Assembly (NCBI RefSeq): GCF_006345805.1
Contig: NC_043006.1
Span: 92,132,001 to 92,196,000 of the forward strand
DNA from: Octopus sinensis
Lineage: Eukaryota
DNA length: 64,000 nucleotides
Reading direction: 5' to 3'
In this document: positions 25,302 to 38,525 of the stretch, one piece after another
Layout: every line of letters begins with the position of its first letter
Position numbering within the stretch: position 1 is the stretch's first letter
Notes under the pieces: generated by a model
Told to the model about the DNA's origin: nothing
Database searches by the model: none
The model's input: the letters and a program-made list of their open reading frames with translations, nothing else
Position numbers and translations under genes: made by a program

Positions 25302-25669
25302 GTTGATGGCAGTCTCTGGAGGTCGAGAAAGATGTTTCTGAAAGTTTTTGCTGTACACTCTGCCCTGATGATTTGTTTATAGGGATCAAATACTTGCTCC
25401 TTCTCCCATCAAATCGACGTTGTCTGACTGTGGGAATGCTTTAACACTCGTCAGTCGTCAAAGTGGTCGCAGGGAAGTGAGAGATAGAGAGCTTTGCTCA
25501 AGAGAATAACGGTCTGGAAATCAAACCCGTGATCTCGCAGTCCTGAGTAAAACACCCTAACAACTAGGCCACTCACCCGCTCACATGCATATATACATAT
25601 ATGCAAACACACACATACACACATACACACATATATATATATATATCTTTTACCTTGTTTAAGTCATTG

Positions 25670-25970
25670 GACTGCGGCCATATTGACGAATTATAGTCGA
25701 ACGAATAAACCCCAGAACACATTAAAGCCTGACACTTATTCTATCGATCTCTTTTGCTGAATCGTTACGTTACGGTGACACAACCAAGCGGTGGCGGGCA
25801 ACAGGCAACACACACACATACGGCGGGCGTATTTCAGTTTCTCTCTGCTAAATACACTCACGACACTTTCCAGCAGCTATTGTAGAGGACACTTGCTCAA
25901 GGTGACAGGCAGTAGGACTGAACTCGTGACCATGTGGTTGGGAAGAAATCTTCTTACGACACACCCACGC
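25670..25970 (-). mobile_element. SINE family A, minus strand
   Basis: Reverse complement of the family A head and body (gaactcgtgaccatgtgg, gacacttgctcaagg). Confidence 0.7.
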
Positions 25971-26126
25971 CTATATATATATAGACAGAGAGAGAGAGAG
26001 GGAGAGAGGGAGAGAGAGAGAAATATATATTGATAGGTATATTCTACACACACACACACACACATGCATATCTGTCTGTCTCTCTCCATATATATATTAA
26101 ATATATATATATATATATCTGTCTCT

Positions 26127-26193
<67 letters not shown>

Positions 26194-28849
26194 ATATATG
26201 TGCGTGTGTGTGTGTATAGAGAAAGAGAGAGAGAATTAGATAGATAATTCTATGGGCGTATTAAGCTTTACTGCACACTTATCGGTTTTTCACTTCCTTC
26301 TAAGCTTTTCAGACACGCGTTTCGCTTGTCTGATTCCACGAAGGATTCTGCTTTGTTTGTTTTCACTTTGTTCCAAATTTTACTCGTGTTTCTTTTTTGA
26401 TTTACACACACACACACACACACACATACATACATTTTGGTGCAGACATACGTATAATAGAATATTACATATATGTTTGAATGTGTGTGTGTGTTGATGT
26501 GTGTGTCCGTGCATGTGTGTATATGTTTTTGAAAGCTTGGCGCACGTGCCAGTGTGTACGCTTGTTCTACGTATATGTAAATAGATGTATATTTTCAAAA
26601 AAAACAAAAAAACATATTTCGTATGCAAAACATCATTTAGACGAATATTTTCTTTTTCTTTTCGCAAATATTAATTTTATCTAATTAAAAGTTTCATTAA
26701 TTTCGCTGTTCTATTAAGTCAACCATGCGATGGAATAAATTTTACAAATGTTTTAACACGAATCCGCTGAATGGAAGATGTTTCTAGAAAGAAAAACATT
26801 TTCAATTGAATGAAACTTTTCCGTTGTACAATTTTCAGTTCATTAAATATGAAACAAAACATCAATTATTATTGTAACAGTAATTATTAATATAATTGTA
26901 CATGTATTGTTAGCCGAATGTATGGGATATTACGCGTGCCTAGAAGATCCATTGTTGATATTTACATGAAGCTAATTAAAATGTAAATGAATACTTCAGT
27001 CCGATGGAGTATATCACTTTCCAACCTGCTCTCTGTTGTAGAATTAGAACTCATAACTGCGGGGTCACAAAATTTGAGTTAATTGAAATTTAATATGATA
27101 TTTCATATTAAATTTCAATGCAACGATCATCAACAAGTCAAACTGGAAATTACTCCAAACTTGCAGAATAGAAAAAAGACGACAGCAGTTCAAATTAACT
27201 TATGCTGTCTGTGAGAAAGAATTTTACTCGATTTCCTGCCATTCACTCCATGCTTTGTGCACAATTTTCTACACCTACTCAACAATATTCTCAAGCCTAC
27301 TTCACCAGACATTAGACAGGTCTAATAATGTTAAATCCTACCCTAATATTTTTATTTGTTACTTGATGCCTTATTATTTGTAATTGAGCTAATGTTATAT
27401 TTTTCTCATTGCATGAACATTTCAACTTACATTTGTGATGTTTACTTTATTGAGTGACAAAACCAATATAATTCTATTGTTTGTGCTTCAACTGCCTAGA
27501 AAGATAAAACTTTTATAAGTATGGTGTGTATTTGACTCGAAGTTCAGAGCTGGGAGACGAATTAATGGACCCTGTAATTAACTACCGAACCCAAAAGACA
27601 TCTTTTGCTACTGAAATGCGAAATACTAAGGGACATACGTAAATACTGTTGCTCTATCAATTCAAATTTCCAATGTTTAATGTTTCAAATAAAAACTAGA
27701 AACCCATTGATACAGAATTTGTTAACTGTACCAGTGGTATTTTCTAAACTGCGCAAAAAGTGTAAGATAAAAGTGGCTATTATTTATTCAGACTAGATTA
27801 ATTGGCATTTTGATCTCCATATCATATCAATTTTTATATCTGAATTAAAAGCTGAAATAGTAAATGCTACTAGGTTTATGATCTGTTAACTCTTAAAAGG
27901 ATAATTTCAGAATCTATTTATTGTGACACGAAGGAGAGTCGTCTTGTGATGTAGGCCGCGCAATTTTAAATATTGGCATATTTATATTACTATGCGAAGA
28001 AATATTTGTAAAGGAAAAAGTGATACAATTTCTCATTAAAACATACTTTGTTGAATTTATGATTCTCTACAGAACAATTAAATGGTTTTCAAATGCAAAT
28101 AGCGAAATATAATTTGTGATGGCTCGTAGTGGAATAAAACTATTAACAACCATCCATGCTTAGATCTAGTTTGTAAAAAGAGTCATATGATAAAAAGGGA
28201 GTCCTGGTTACACTAGGTCTGTGTGACATACTAATGGGCGGATTAAGTCCCTATTGTAATGATCATGCATTTCAAAACATTTTACCCTCCTTGTCTGAGA
28301 TTAGAAATCGAGTTAAAATCAGCTTCAACCAGCATTATACACTTCTCTCGAATAATATTGATTTGCAGCATTAGCAGTAGATCTCTCGAATGGGAGATGT
28401 GAAAGGCATTTAGTCTGTTACTCACCATTTCGCCTTAATAAAGTTTCTTTTCGATGAATTTGTGAGTTGCAAAAATCGTGTAAGCCTCTTAGGCATTTCT
28501 AATACAAGTTTAAATTGAGAACTTTCAAACGAGTCTAATTTTAACTTATGGGCAGCTTTATATATTTTATTTTGCATTCACCTTGCACTGCGATGCATTG
28601 CCTTCAGTAATTCTCGCAAATATTGCTGTACCATTCGACGAAATTGCCAATACTTGTAATCATTGGAACATTGGTTTTTCTAGGAAATAACCTGAATCTG
28701 CAGCAAACGTGATTGCTCACATTTCTCTCTGTCTCCATGCGGTCATCATAGCAAAATAGCTGTAGTAGCACTAATAAAAGAAGGAAAATGTGTTTTGTTT
28801 GACTAATTTTGGGATATACATTCTTGCGGTTTGATGTTTTAACTCAAAA

Positions 28850-29395
28850 GGCGGCGAGCTGGCAGAAACGTTAGCACGCCGGGCGAAATGCGTAGCCGTA
28901 TTTCGTCTGCCGTTACGTTCTGAGTTCAAATTCCGCCGAAGTCGACTTGGCCTTTCATCCTTTCGGGGTCGATTAAATAAGTACCAGTTACGCACTGAGG
29001 TCGATATAATCGACTTAATCCCTTTGCCTGTCATTGTTTGTCCCCTCTGTGTTTAGCCCCTTGTGGGTAGTAAAGAAATAGGTATTTCGTCTGCCGCTAC
29101 GTTCTGAGTTCAAATTCCTTCGAGGTCGACTTTGCCTTTCATCCTTTCGGGGTCGATTGAATAAGTACCAGTTACGCACTGAGGTCGATATAATCGACTT
29201 AATCCGTTTGTCTGTCCTTGTTTGTTCCCTCTGTGTTTAGCCCCTTGTGGGTAGTAAAGAAATATGTATTTCGCCTGCCGCTACGTTCTGAGTCCAAATT
29301 TCGCCGAGGTCGAATTTGTCTTTCATTCTTTCGGGGTAGATCTAATCGACTGGACCCCTCCCACAAAATTTCGGCTTTGTGCCTAGAATAGAAAA
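28850..29395 (+). mobile_element. SINE family B with an internal 184-bp unit repeated ~2.7 times
   Basis: tatttcgtctgccg restarts at ~28900, ~29084 and ~29268. Confidence 0.85.
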
Positions 29396-29867
29396 TAATA
29401 TATTTTAACTTAAATGGATATAAATTGGAAACTTCTTTGTAAATAAGATATATTTCTCAAAAACTGAGTATTTTACTTCAAGCCATATTAAAGTATTTTG
29501 ATATAAAAACGATCAGTTTAAGGTTAAATATACGTTTTCCATTAACGATATGTTTTCCATTAATAAAGATGGAATTTATTTTAAACGCTGTGGCGTTGAA
29601 ATTTCATTTCGTTTCACATTTTTGATCTGCTTGTTTTGCTAAATACATTTGCTAACTACTAAAATATTTCTGAAACTCATCTCAGCTCATATAATTCCAA
29701 GCTGTTGTAAAATGTTGCAAAACGTTTTGAAACTAATATCCTAAAATAAATTATACTGGCAATATCTATTATCGTCTTCAGCGTAGTATTGCAATTTTTA
29801 CTTCGTGTAATAGAATAAAACGTATGGTACATATAATATATATATATATATTATATATATATATATA

Positions 29868-29900
<33 letters not shown>

Positions 29901-29945
29901 GTGTGTGTGTGTGCATATATATATATATATTATATATATATACAT

Positions 29946-29980
<35 letters not shown>

Positions 29981-29983
29981 CAT

Positions 29984-30046
<63 letters not shown>

Positions 30047-30120
30047 CACGTACATATATATATATATATATATATGTATGTATAAAATCTCTGAGTGGTA
30101 AAGAGTAACTGTACAGAATC

Positions 30121-30456
30121 GTAAAATATATTTGACAACTAAATGTGGCAGTCCCACAGAGGATGATGTTAATGTTTTTAACCTAGAAAGTCATCTCCTC
30201 CACCTGGCTAACAACACACGGGTGATTATCACAGCTGGGGATTATCACACGCTGAAGACGGGTAACTACCCAGTACCCGGGTCTGTGTGTATCAAGTAAG
30301 ACTAGAGATAGGAGTGATGACCTCCCCTAGCAAATACTAAGCGGACACAGACAGTGTGTCGTTAGCCAGCTGGAGGAGATGTTTCCTGGGATTAAAAACA
30401 ACAGTAACGTCGTCCTCTATGGGACCGCCACATTTATTGGGCAAATATATTTTACG
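30121..30456 (+). mobile_element. Diverged member of the 7518 family with an inverted 5' copy of its 3' end
   Basis: 30235-30456 aligns with the reverse complement of 7518-7740. 30121-30220 is an ~80% identical inverted copy of 30355-30456. TA-rich flanks. Confidence 0.75.
30246..30289 (+). ncRNA. Degenerate hammerhead homologous to 7685-7729
   Basis: cacacg-CTGAAGA-cggg-taacta-ccca-GTA-cccggg-TC-tgtgtg. GAAA is damaged; stem III is the palindrome ACCCGGGU. Confidence 0.6.
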
Positions 30457-31549
30457 GTATATATATATATGTGTGTGTGAAGGGCATGTATGTATGTATT
30501 TTACCCACTCTCACACACATATCCATAGGTTTAATTGCGAAAATTTTTGTTAATCGAGACAATAATTTTATTTAGATATTACATAAAATAATTTAGAATT
30601 TAGAAACAAAAGTGTCATCTTATTCTTAGGTTATTGCTTTCTGTTTTGTGTTAGGGTGTGTGATCGTCTAACGCCTTTACCACACTGATTCAAGTGTTGC
30701 ATGCGAAGTGCTTACACTTGCATTCAGCGAAAGAGATTTGGATCTGTTAAGAGTGAATTAACATTAAGAAGGCATAATACAATTACATAAACGCTGTCTA
30801 TGAAAACGATTACTTACAAGTGTTTGCAAATATGAATCGTTTCATGTTCTCTCATTAATGTTGATTACACATATGGAAAGGATTTTAAATAGATTAGTTC
30901 ATACGATGCGATCTCTTAAGTAACTGATGTAGGAAATAAGTTGCAGAGTTCCATGATATGTAGAACAATGGATTACTTTGATGTGTAAGATCACTCCTTA
31001 TAGCATTGGAACTAAGAATATACAGATAATTTTTTTTACTGATAGCAATTTGCAATCCCCTAAACAACAGAACACTGAACATGAATCATATGCTTCCTCT
31101 GGGCAACTGAACTCAAGCAATAAGGAGAAAATGCAACACGTTACATCACACAACATAAACCATCTTATATAAAATTATCCGCAAAATAATTCTCGTTCAT
31201 GCCAATTGTTATGTTTATTCCATCTTGCTGTTGCTATGTATCCTGCTCAATAAAAGTCGCCTTTTTTTTATTCTTATCGCGCACATACTATCATCTAATA
31301 CACCGTGATCTAAACATATTTTTCAACTATATATTTTTTACACAACATTTATACATAATTAACCTCTATTACTACAGATCTGTAACTAACGCTACTAATT
31401 AAATTTACATATCTTATCTAAACATTTACCTCAGTGTAAGGATATGATTAAAAAGATCATGTGAAAAGATTTTTAAAATTGGCATCAAATTTTGGCACAA
31501 GGACAGCAAGATCAGAGGAGAGGGTAATTCAATAACATCAATATTTGTG

Positions 31550-31770
31550 CTCAGCTGGCAGAATCGTTAGCACGCCGGGCGAACTGCCCAGCAGTATTTC
31601 GTCTGCCGTTACGTTCTGAGTTCAAATTCTGCCGAGGTTGACTTTGTCTTTTATTCTTTCGGGATCGATTAAATAAACAATAGTTACGCACCGGGGTCAA
31701 TGTAATTGACTTAATCTGTCTTTGTTTGTCCCCTCTATGTTTAGACCCCTGTAGGCAATAAAGAAATAAA
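31550..31770 (+). mobile_element. SINE family B
   Basis: gctggcagaatcgttagcacgccgggcg...gagttcaaattctgccgagg. Confidence 0.8.
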
Positions 31771-32269
31771 AAAATATATATATTAACCCCGGAAAAATGA
31801 AAAGCAAAGTCAACCTCGGCGGAATTTCAACTCTGCATTAAACACAGACAAAGTATCGCTGTGCTCTCCCTGGTCACCACCACAAGATATCATTTAATAT
31901 TGGCATTCCAGTTTATTACATTTCTTTCATTCATAATTGCTTTCGGGATACAATTTGAGAATGTATAGCTCGTAAAAAGATAAATGTTGTATAAAGCAAT
32001 ATCACCACTTGTCATAGTTAATTCAGTCGTATGGATTTATACTCAAGTGAAGACTACAACACAGTCTTGTATGCGTCTGTTCAGTTTTTGCCGCAAAATG
32101 ATTTATAATTTTAGTGTGCTTGAATTATGTTCTTAGTGATGTTAGGATATATGACAAGAAAACCTCATGCATTCCACCTGATCATAAAGTAAGGCAGAGT
32201 AAAATGTTACAATTAATAATAAGCAGTATAATCGATACCAAATCTCGCATCTACAAAAGGGAATGTTGT

Positions 32270-32439
32270 ACAATCCATGTGTTGGTCAGTTAAATTGCCC
32301 CAACCACATGGTTCTAGTTTCAGTTCCAATACGTGATACCCTGGGAAAGTGTCTTCTACTATAGGCTCGGGCCGATCAAAGCCTTGTGAATACGAATGAG
32401 TTTGTTAAATGAGAATTGAAAGAAGACCGTCGTATATAA

Positions 32440-32473
<34 letters not shown>

Positions 32474-32675
32474 CTGTGTTTGTCTTTGCTACCACTTGAC
32501 AACCGGTGTTGGTGTGTTTACGTCACCGTAACTCAGTGCTCCGGAAGAGGAACCTGCAAAATAAGTCCAAGGCTTTAAAAAATGCACTGGCGTCGATTGA
32601 TTCGACTAAAACTTCTTCAAAGCGGTGGGTGCTCCAGCATGGCCGCAGTCAAATGAATAAAACAAGTAAAAGAAT
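32270..32675 (+). mobile_element. SINE family A (left member of a tail-to-tail inverted pair)
   Basis: ccaaccacatggttc...gtgtcttctactatagg...gcatggccgcagtcaaatg. Confidence 0.8.
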
Positions 32676-32799
32676 AAATATATACGTCCGATCACTTTTA
32701 CCGAATTTTAACAGAACAAGAAGAAATTGCAAGAGAGTAAAATGAACAACAAAATACCAATCAGGATAAGAAAACATTTAATAACCGCCTTATAAAGAA

Positions 32800-33156
32800 T
32801 TCTGTGGCCATGCGGGAGCAGCACTTGAAAGAACTGGTCCTAGAATATGTTCTTTTAAAAGCCTGGCACTTATTCTCTCGGTCGTTTTGCCAAAACGTTA
32901 AGTTACTGGGACGTAAACACACCAACAAAGGTTGTGAAGTGGAAGTGGGAGACAAACACAAGCAGAAAGACACACACACACACATTGACGCACCCCCACA
33001 CATATATGCACAACGGGCTTCTTTCAGTTTCCGTCTGCCAAATCCACACGCAAGGCTATAGCAGAAAACACTTGCCCAAGGTGCCACTTAGTGAAACTGA
33101 ACCCGGAACCATGTGGTTGGCAAGCATGCTTGTTACCACACAATCATGACTGCGCC
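32800..33156 (-). mobile_element. SINE family A (right member of the inverted pair)
   Basis: Reverse complement of family A, ending tgcgcc at 33156. Confidence 0.8.
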
Positions 33157-33581
33157 TATATCATATTCTGCCTGACTAACAGTGAAAGGCAGCCGCGCAA
33201 TCCATTATCAATCACGTCGTCGAGAAAGTAAGGTGGAGTTGGAAGAAAAATGGATTGACAGATTTAACTGTTTGAGGCAAACATTTTTTTCTCATGAGAA
33301 AATATGACAAACCTTAAGAAAACATTGTTGTATTTCGGATTGGTCATTTTGCCAGTTTAGCCAATAAAAACACACGCACTATATATTTGGTGTTACTTTG
33401 CTTCAACACATGACTTCACATAAATCTTGCACAACAAATATATAAACGTAATGACTTAAGAAAACAATAAAACAAGACTTGTTTCTTGTTTCCGTTTACC
33501 ATACTTAAGGGATTAAAGGACGACCTAGTTTTCGCCAGCGTCTTTCTGATGGGCTTTGAATATCTGTCTGTCTATCAGTCA

Positions 33582-33668
<87 letters not shown>

Positions 33669-33680
33669 GGTTTTTCTGTA

Positions 33681-33960
33681 TACCTCCTACACTTACAACC
33701 GAGTTACGTTCCGCCTGACAGGTCGTAAGTCGATCTGGTCGTATGTCGGATTTATATTCTTCAACACTATTTTTATCCAAACGCAACTGATACCTGAACG
33801 CGACTGAGTGAGAGACAGTGGCAAGCAGTGGATGCCTGGGTCTGAGCAAGGCCTGCATTGCCAGATGCTGCTATAGGTATCGTATGCGCAGCCGCCCAGC
33901 GTCCGAAAATCGATTGCTTATGTATTTATTTTTTGTGGTCGTAAGTCGAGGAGAAGGTGT
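33681..33960. mobile_element. Probable Tigger-like MITE
   Basis: Imperfect TIRs tcctacacttacaacc / ggtcgtaagtcgagga between (TATC)n and (GTAT)n. Confidence 0.45.
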
Positions 33961-34089
33961 GTATGTATGTATGTATGTATGTATGTATGTATGTATGTAT
34001 GTAGGCATGTAGGCGTGTCACTACTAATTTTTTATCGACTTTGCTACATAAGTCTTATGCAGATTAAAACCAACTTCTGTGGAATCTGA

Positions 34090-34129
<40 letters not shown>

Positions 34130-34349
34130 GTGTGTGTGTATGTATGTATATGTATATACCCCCCATAAACACAAATATATACATGCATATATACAAGCAC
34201 ACACACAACTTGTAATAATGAAGTTAAACCAAATAGTGATATTTAATACGCAAAGTTTCCCATTTGCATGTTCATCGCTCCTTAGAGTCACACAGGTGTA
34301 TGAACAACAAGCAAGTGTTTTAGTCTGACTCTCGGGAAAATGGAAAAGC

Positions 34350-34385
34350 CTTTTACATTTCGAGCCTACGCTCTTCAATAGAAAG
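34350..34385 (-). ncRNA. Hammerhead-like motif with non-canonical core CUAUUGAA
   Basis: Minus strand cttt-CTATTGAA-gagc-gtag-gctc-GAAA-tg-TA-aaag; stems I and II each pair 4 bp. Confidence 0.4.
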
Positions 34386-34593
34386 GAATAAGAGGAAATA
34401 GACAGAGGCAAATGAGAAAAATTACCCAAGTTTAATTCTGACTGAATTTTCTTACTCTTTGGACTTGCATATCTGAATCACTTTCCGAACATTCAGCAGC
34501 TCTCCTCATCCACATACCATTCCAGCACTCCATCCGGATTACCACTGGTTCTACTGACCCTACGTTCACGAATTTCAGTGAACTTTTTCGTGC

Positions 34594-34724
<131 letters not shown>

Positions 34725-37700
34725 TATATATAATATATATATATATATTGTGTGTATGTATGTATGTGTGTGTGCGTGTGTGTGTGAGTATTTAAGTTCA
34801 ATTATTAGAAAAGCCACTTTACATTACTCTGATTGGTTGTTCTATAAATTGTAGAGTACAAATATATTGTTCTTGTGTGCATGTATGCAATCAAGCGCTC
34901 AGCAAACTTAGAATACTTGATATATTGCCAGACTACCCTTTTGTTTTAGATTCCTTCCAATTAAAAAAATAATGTAAATTATACGAATAATAATTTCTAC
35001 GAGGGTTGCATTTCGAGAAAGTTTTCTGTAGAGAAGAGAAGTTGAATAATTTACAGCTAGTTTTTGACTGCAAACTAACTTTAGCATCAGCGGAAGGATA
35101 AAAAGAACATCGGTGGGATTTGAATTCACAGCTTAACCTTTGTAGCTGAAAAGTGTAAGATGTCATATGTAAAGAATCTGGCAAGGCATCATCGCAACAT
35201 GGATATGGCAGCATTTGGAAACACATTATGAAACATAAATAAGAGTAAAATAATTTCCATTGAATAGTAAATATTCTATTAGTATTTTATATGGCTGTAT
35301 ATCATTACATCCTTAATGAGTATGCAGGAGATAATGGAGCAAATTACCAAAGCTACGTCCAAAATTTATTATTTTAGATATTAAAAGAATCATCAAATAT
35401 TATATGAAAGGACATTTTAGATATTACCCCAAAGATAAAATTTTATATTAGCAAAACTCAAAAGCTTTCCTATTGTTAATGCAATCAGCAAATTATAAAG
35501 AGAACAAGAGAAAATCCTGCCAATGAAAGTGAGTGAGTGGAATGTAGTTTGGTCTCTATCAGAACAACGGATCATTTAATTTGCGTTAAATTTCCATAAA
35601 TACGTTTGTCACTGATTATAATCGAAAAGTCATCATCAATAATTACTCAGTAATGAGCTAGATCGGAAATGTAATTGTCAAGAAGTTCTGTTCTGATTAG
35701 ACATGTTAATGCATTAATATAATTTTATCCGTCGATGCTGTTTTTAGTTGCGTTCCGTTTCAGAGTTACACCCTTTTATTTTAATTGATCTTAGACACGC
35801 TATAAGTATGTCAGCAGATGGAAATATCGGATTTGAGAATTTCGTTTAATGTATTTCAATAGTGAGCAACGTTGTTCTAGTGTTTAGCAGATTTTATTCT
35901 AACAGCTTTCCGATTTTGGTCCTCAGCTTTTGCTACTAATTCGTTGTTGCTTTACCAGGAAGAGTGAAGCTTGAGAGGCTGCGTAACTCATCGAATTGAT
36001 TTCAATTACCAACTTCTGCATGTCCTGCTAACAAGGACAAACTACTACTACTACTACTACTACTACTACTGCGGCTGCTGCTGCTGCTACTGCTGCTGCT
36101 GCTACTGCTGCTGCTGCTGCTGCTACTAGTATGAATTGAAATGATGTCGAAAGAAATTAAAATATACTTGAAAGATATTTTAATAGTCTTTGAGGAAATT
36201 AAATCTGTTTCCAAACGAATCATGCGCACTCATTCTGTTTCCGGTGCTTTTTATCTATCGAAAAATAAATTACACTTTAATTTTGACTGACAACAATCAT
36301 TAAAGTGGTTTCAATCTATATTCCATGAGTTTATGGGAAATATCTGAAATGGGAAATAGAAATTAGAGCCACTTTGCTTTTTAATGATACATGCCTCAAT
36401 GAAATCATTCTTCGCCTAAATTATCTTGCAGCAGTTCGTTGCGGGCGCTTTCATTCCTGACGGTGAATGTAATTATCTGTAAATATTCTTCCCTGTTAAT
36501 TGTGAGCATTCATTTAATTATCCAATAAGTAATTTCGTATGTTATAGTTCTATTTCCAGTTTGTCCGAGATGCCTCAGCTCTGGAAATGTGATTAACGAT
36601 ATTTGCGTTCTCAATTAAATAATTTTGTTTTCTTCAATGACACCATGTGACAAGCGTTTCACAATCAATTATCAAGTTCACCAGCAAGTAGTAAACGCTC
36701 TTCAACTTTGTCTTCATGTAAGTTTCCCCCTCCCGCCCTCTCTTTCCCATTTGCTTTCTTATTTGACATTTCGCGAAATACGTGCACTCATAGCCTGCTA
36801 CAAGCTCTCGTCGTCTTGAGACTGGTTTCCATCACCCATAATGAAAAGTGCCACTGTAAGTCAAAATCAAATCAAGAAATGAATTCAGTTCCTAAGTGAT
36901 TCAATACTGAACAAGTGCAAACAATTCCAAACACTGACATCTACTTGGTTACATCGCAATACTTACTTTGATGTTTATGCGGCAGCTGTATTCTAATTCC
37001 TATGCTGCGGTTATATTTTTGAATTTCATTCGCGTTTGCTTTCATTTCATTTTATTTTTATTCGATTTTATTTTAATTTGATTAGAGTTATTTGAATGAA
37101 CCTGCAAAGGGATATTTCAGGATGATAATAGAACGTGAATTAACGACGACCCGGTGGTTTAGTCCACGTCAAAACTAACATCATTCTGATTGGCTAAACA
37201 TTTAGATCTTTATAAAATTATACATTCAAAAGGAAGTTGTGTACGCTTGCGCAACAGCAATAAAAATCGTTTTAGTTGAAAGATTCTTAGTATCTCAAAT
37301 TATGTGACTGTATTCGAACAGAAAACATTTTAACTAGCATATGATTTATTAGTCTACTTTCACTTCTGATTGAATTACATTCCATTATTAATACGATGAC
37401 GCATTAAACTAAGTGTTGAGAACAGAATTATATGAAATTATTGCGCTTATTTTATTGCATAACTGATGTGTTTTCTGGTACAAGATAATGACCTACACGT
37501 ACAAGCCACCTTACGGATGTAATATTCTTAATACAAATTGACTGATCTGATTTAGTTATCTTCTAAAGATAACAAAATATGCATTAACTACATCTATTGA
37601 AAGTCACTGGGCCTGCATGAAATGAAGCATATTTGCATTCTTACATAATGAAGTATATGTTAATTGTATCTTATTTTTATCACTCAAATACTATATACAA

Positions 37701-38008
37701 ACGAAATAAAAGAAATATAATGCTTCTTAAAGACTGTAGTGGTATGCATAATTTCTAACAATTTCTTAATAATATTACATAATTTTCCTTTCATTTCTCT
37801 TTAAGTAGCATAACCAGTTAAAATAAACAGTCATCTACAATGATTGTAGATCAATAAACGCCGCTACTAAGGTCTTTAAAATGCAGATAATTTTGTACAA
37901 ATAAAATTGTGAATTGTTATGAAAATGTAAATCGATGGTAGAAATTAATTAAAATAAATTGGCAATAAAACTCAATAGTTATAGTACATGTATGGCTGGT
38001 AATTTGAA

Positions 38009-38054
<46 letters not shown>

Positions 38055-38090
38055 ATATCCTTATATATATATATAAAAGGATATATATAT

Positions 38091-38128
<38 letters not shown>

Positions 38129-38136
38129 TATATATA

Positions 38137-38177
<41 letters not shown>

Positions 38178-38206
38178 AAAACACTTGAAACACTCCTGTC
38201 ACAACG

Positions 38207-38252
38207 AGGGACCTTGAAGACTGCTTAAATGCAAGAAAGTATACTAGTCCCT
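38207..38252 (+). ncRNA. Minimal type I hammerhead, slightly degenerate
   Basis: agggac-CTTGAAGA-ctgc-ttaaat-gcaa-GAAA-gtatac-TA-gtccct: 6-bp stem I, palindrome AGUAUACU, one extra U in the core and a C.A mismatch at the stem II base. About 30 nt downstream of a (TA)n tract. Confidence 0.65.
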
Positions 38253-38416
38253 TAATATATGATATTCAATATTTCATCTATTCAATAAGACAATCAATAC
38301 TTCATTTCATTTTACTATATATATATTATTTATACTATATATTCTATACTCTACATTAATATTATAAAGAACATAAATAAAACATAAAAAACAGAGTTGG
38401 AATTTCTTTGAATAAC

Positions 38417-38473
<57 letters not shown>

Positions 38474-38474
38474 T

Positions 38475-38525
<51 letters not shown>

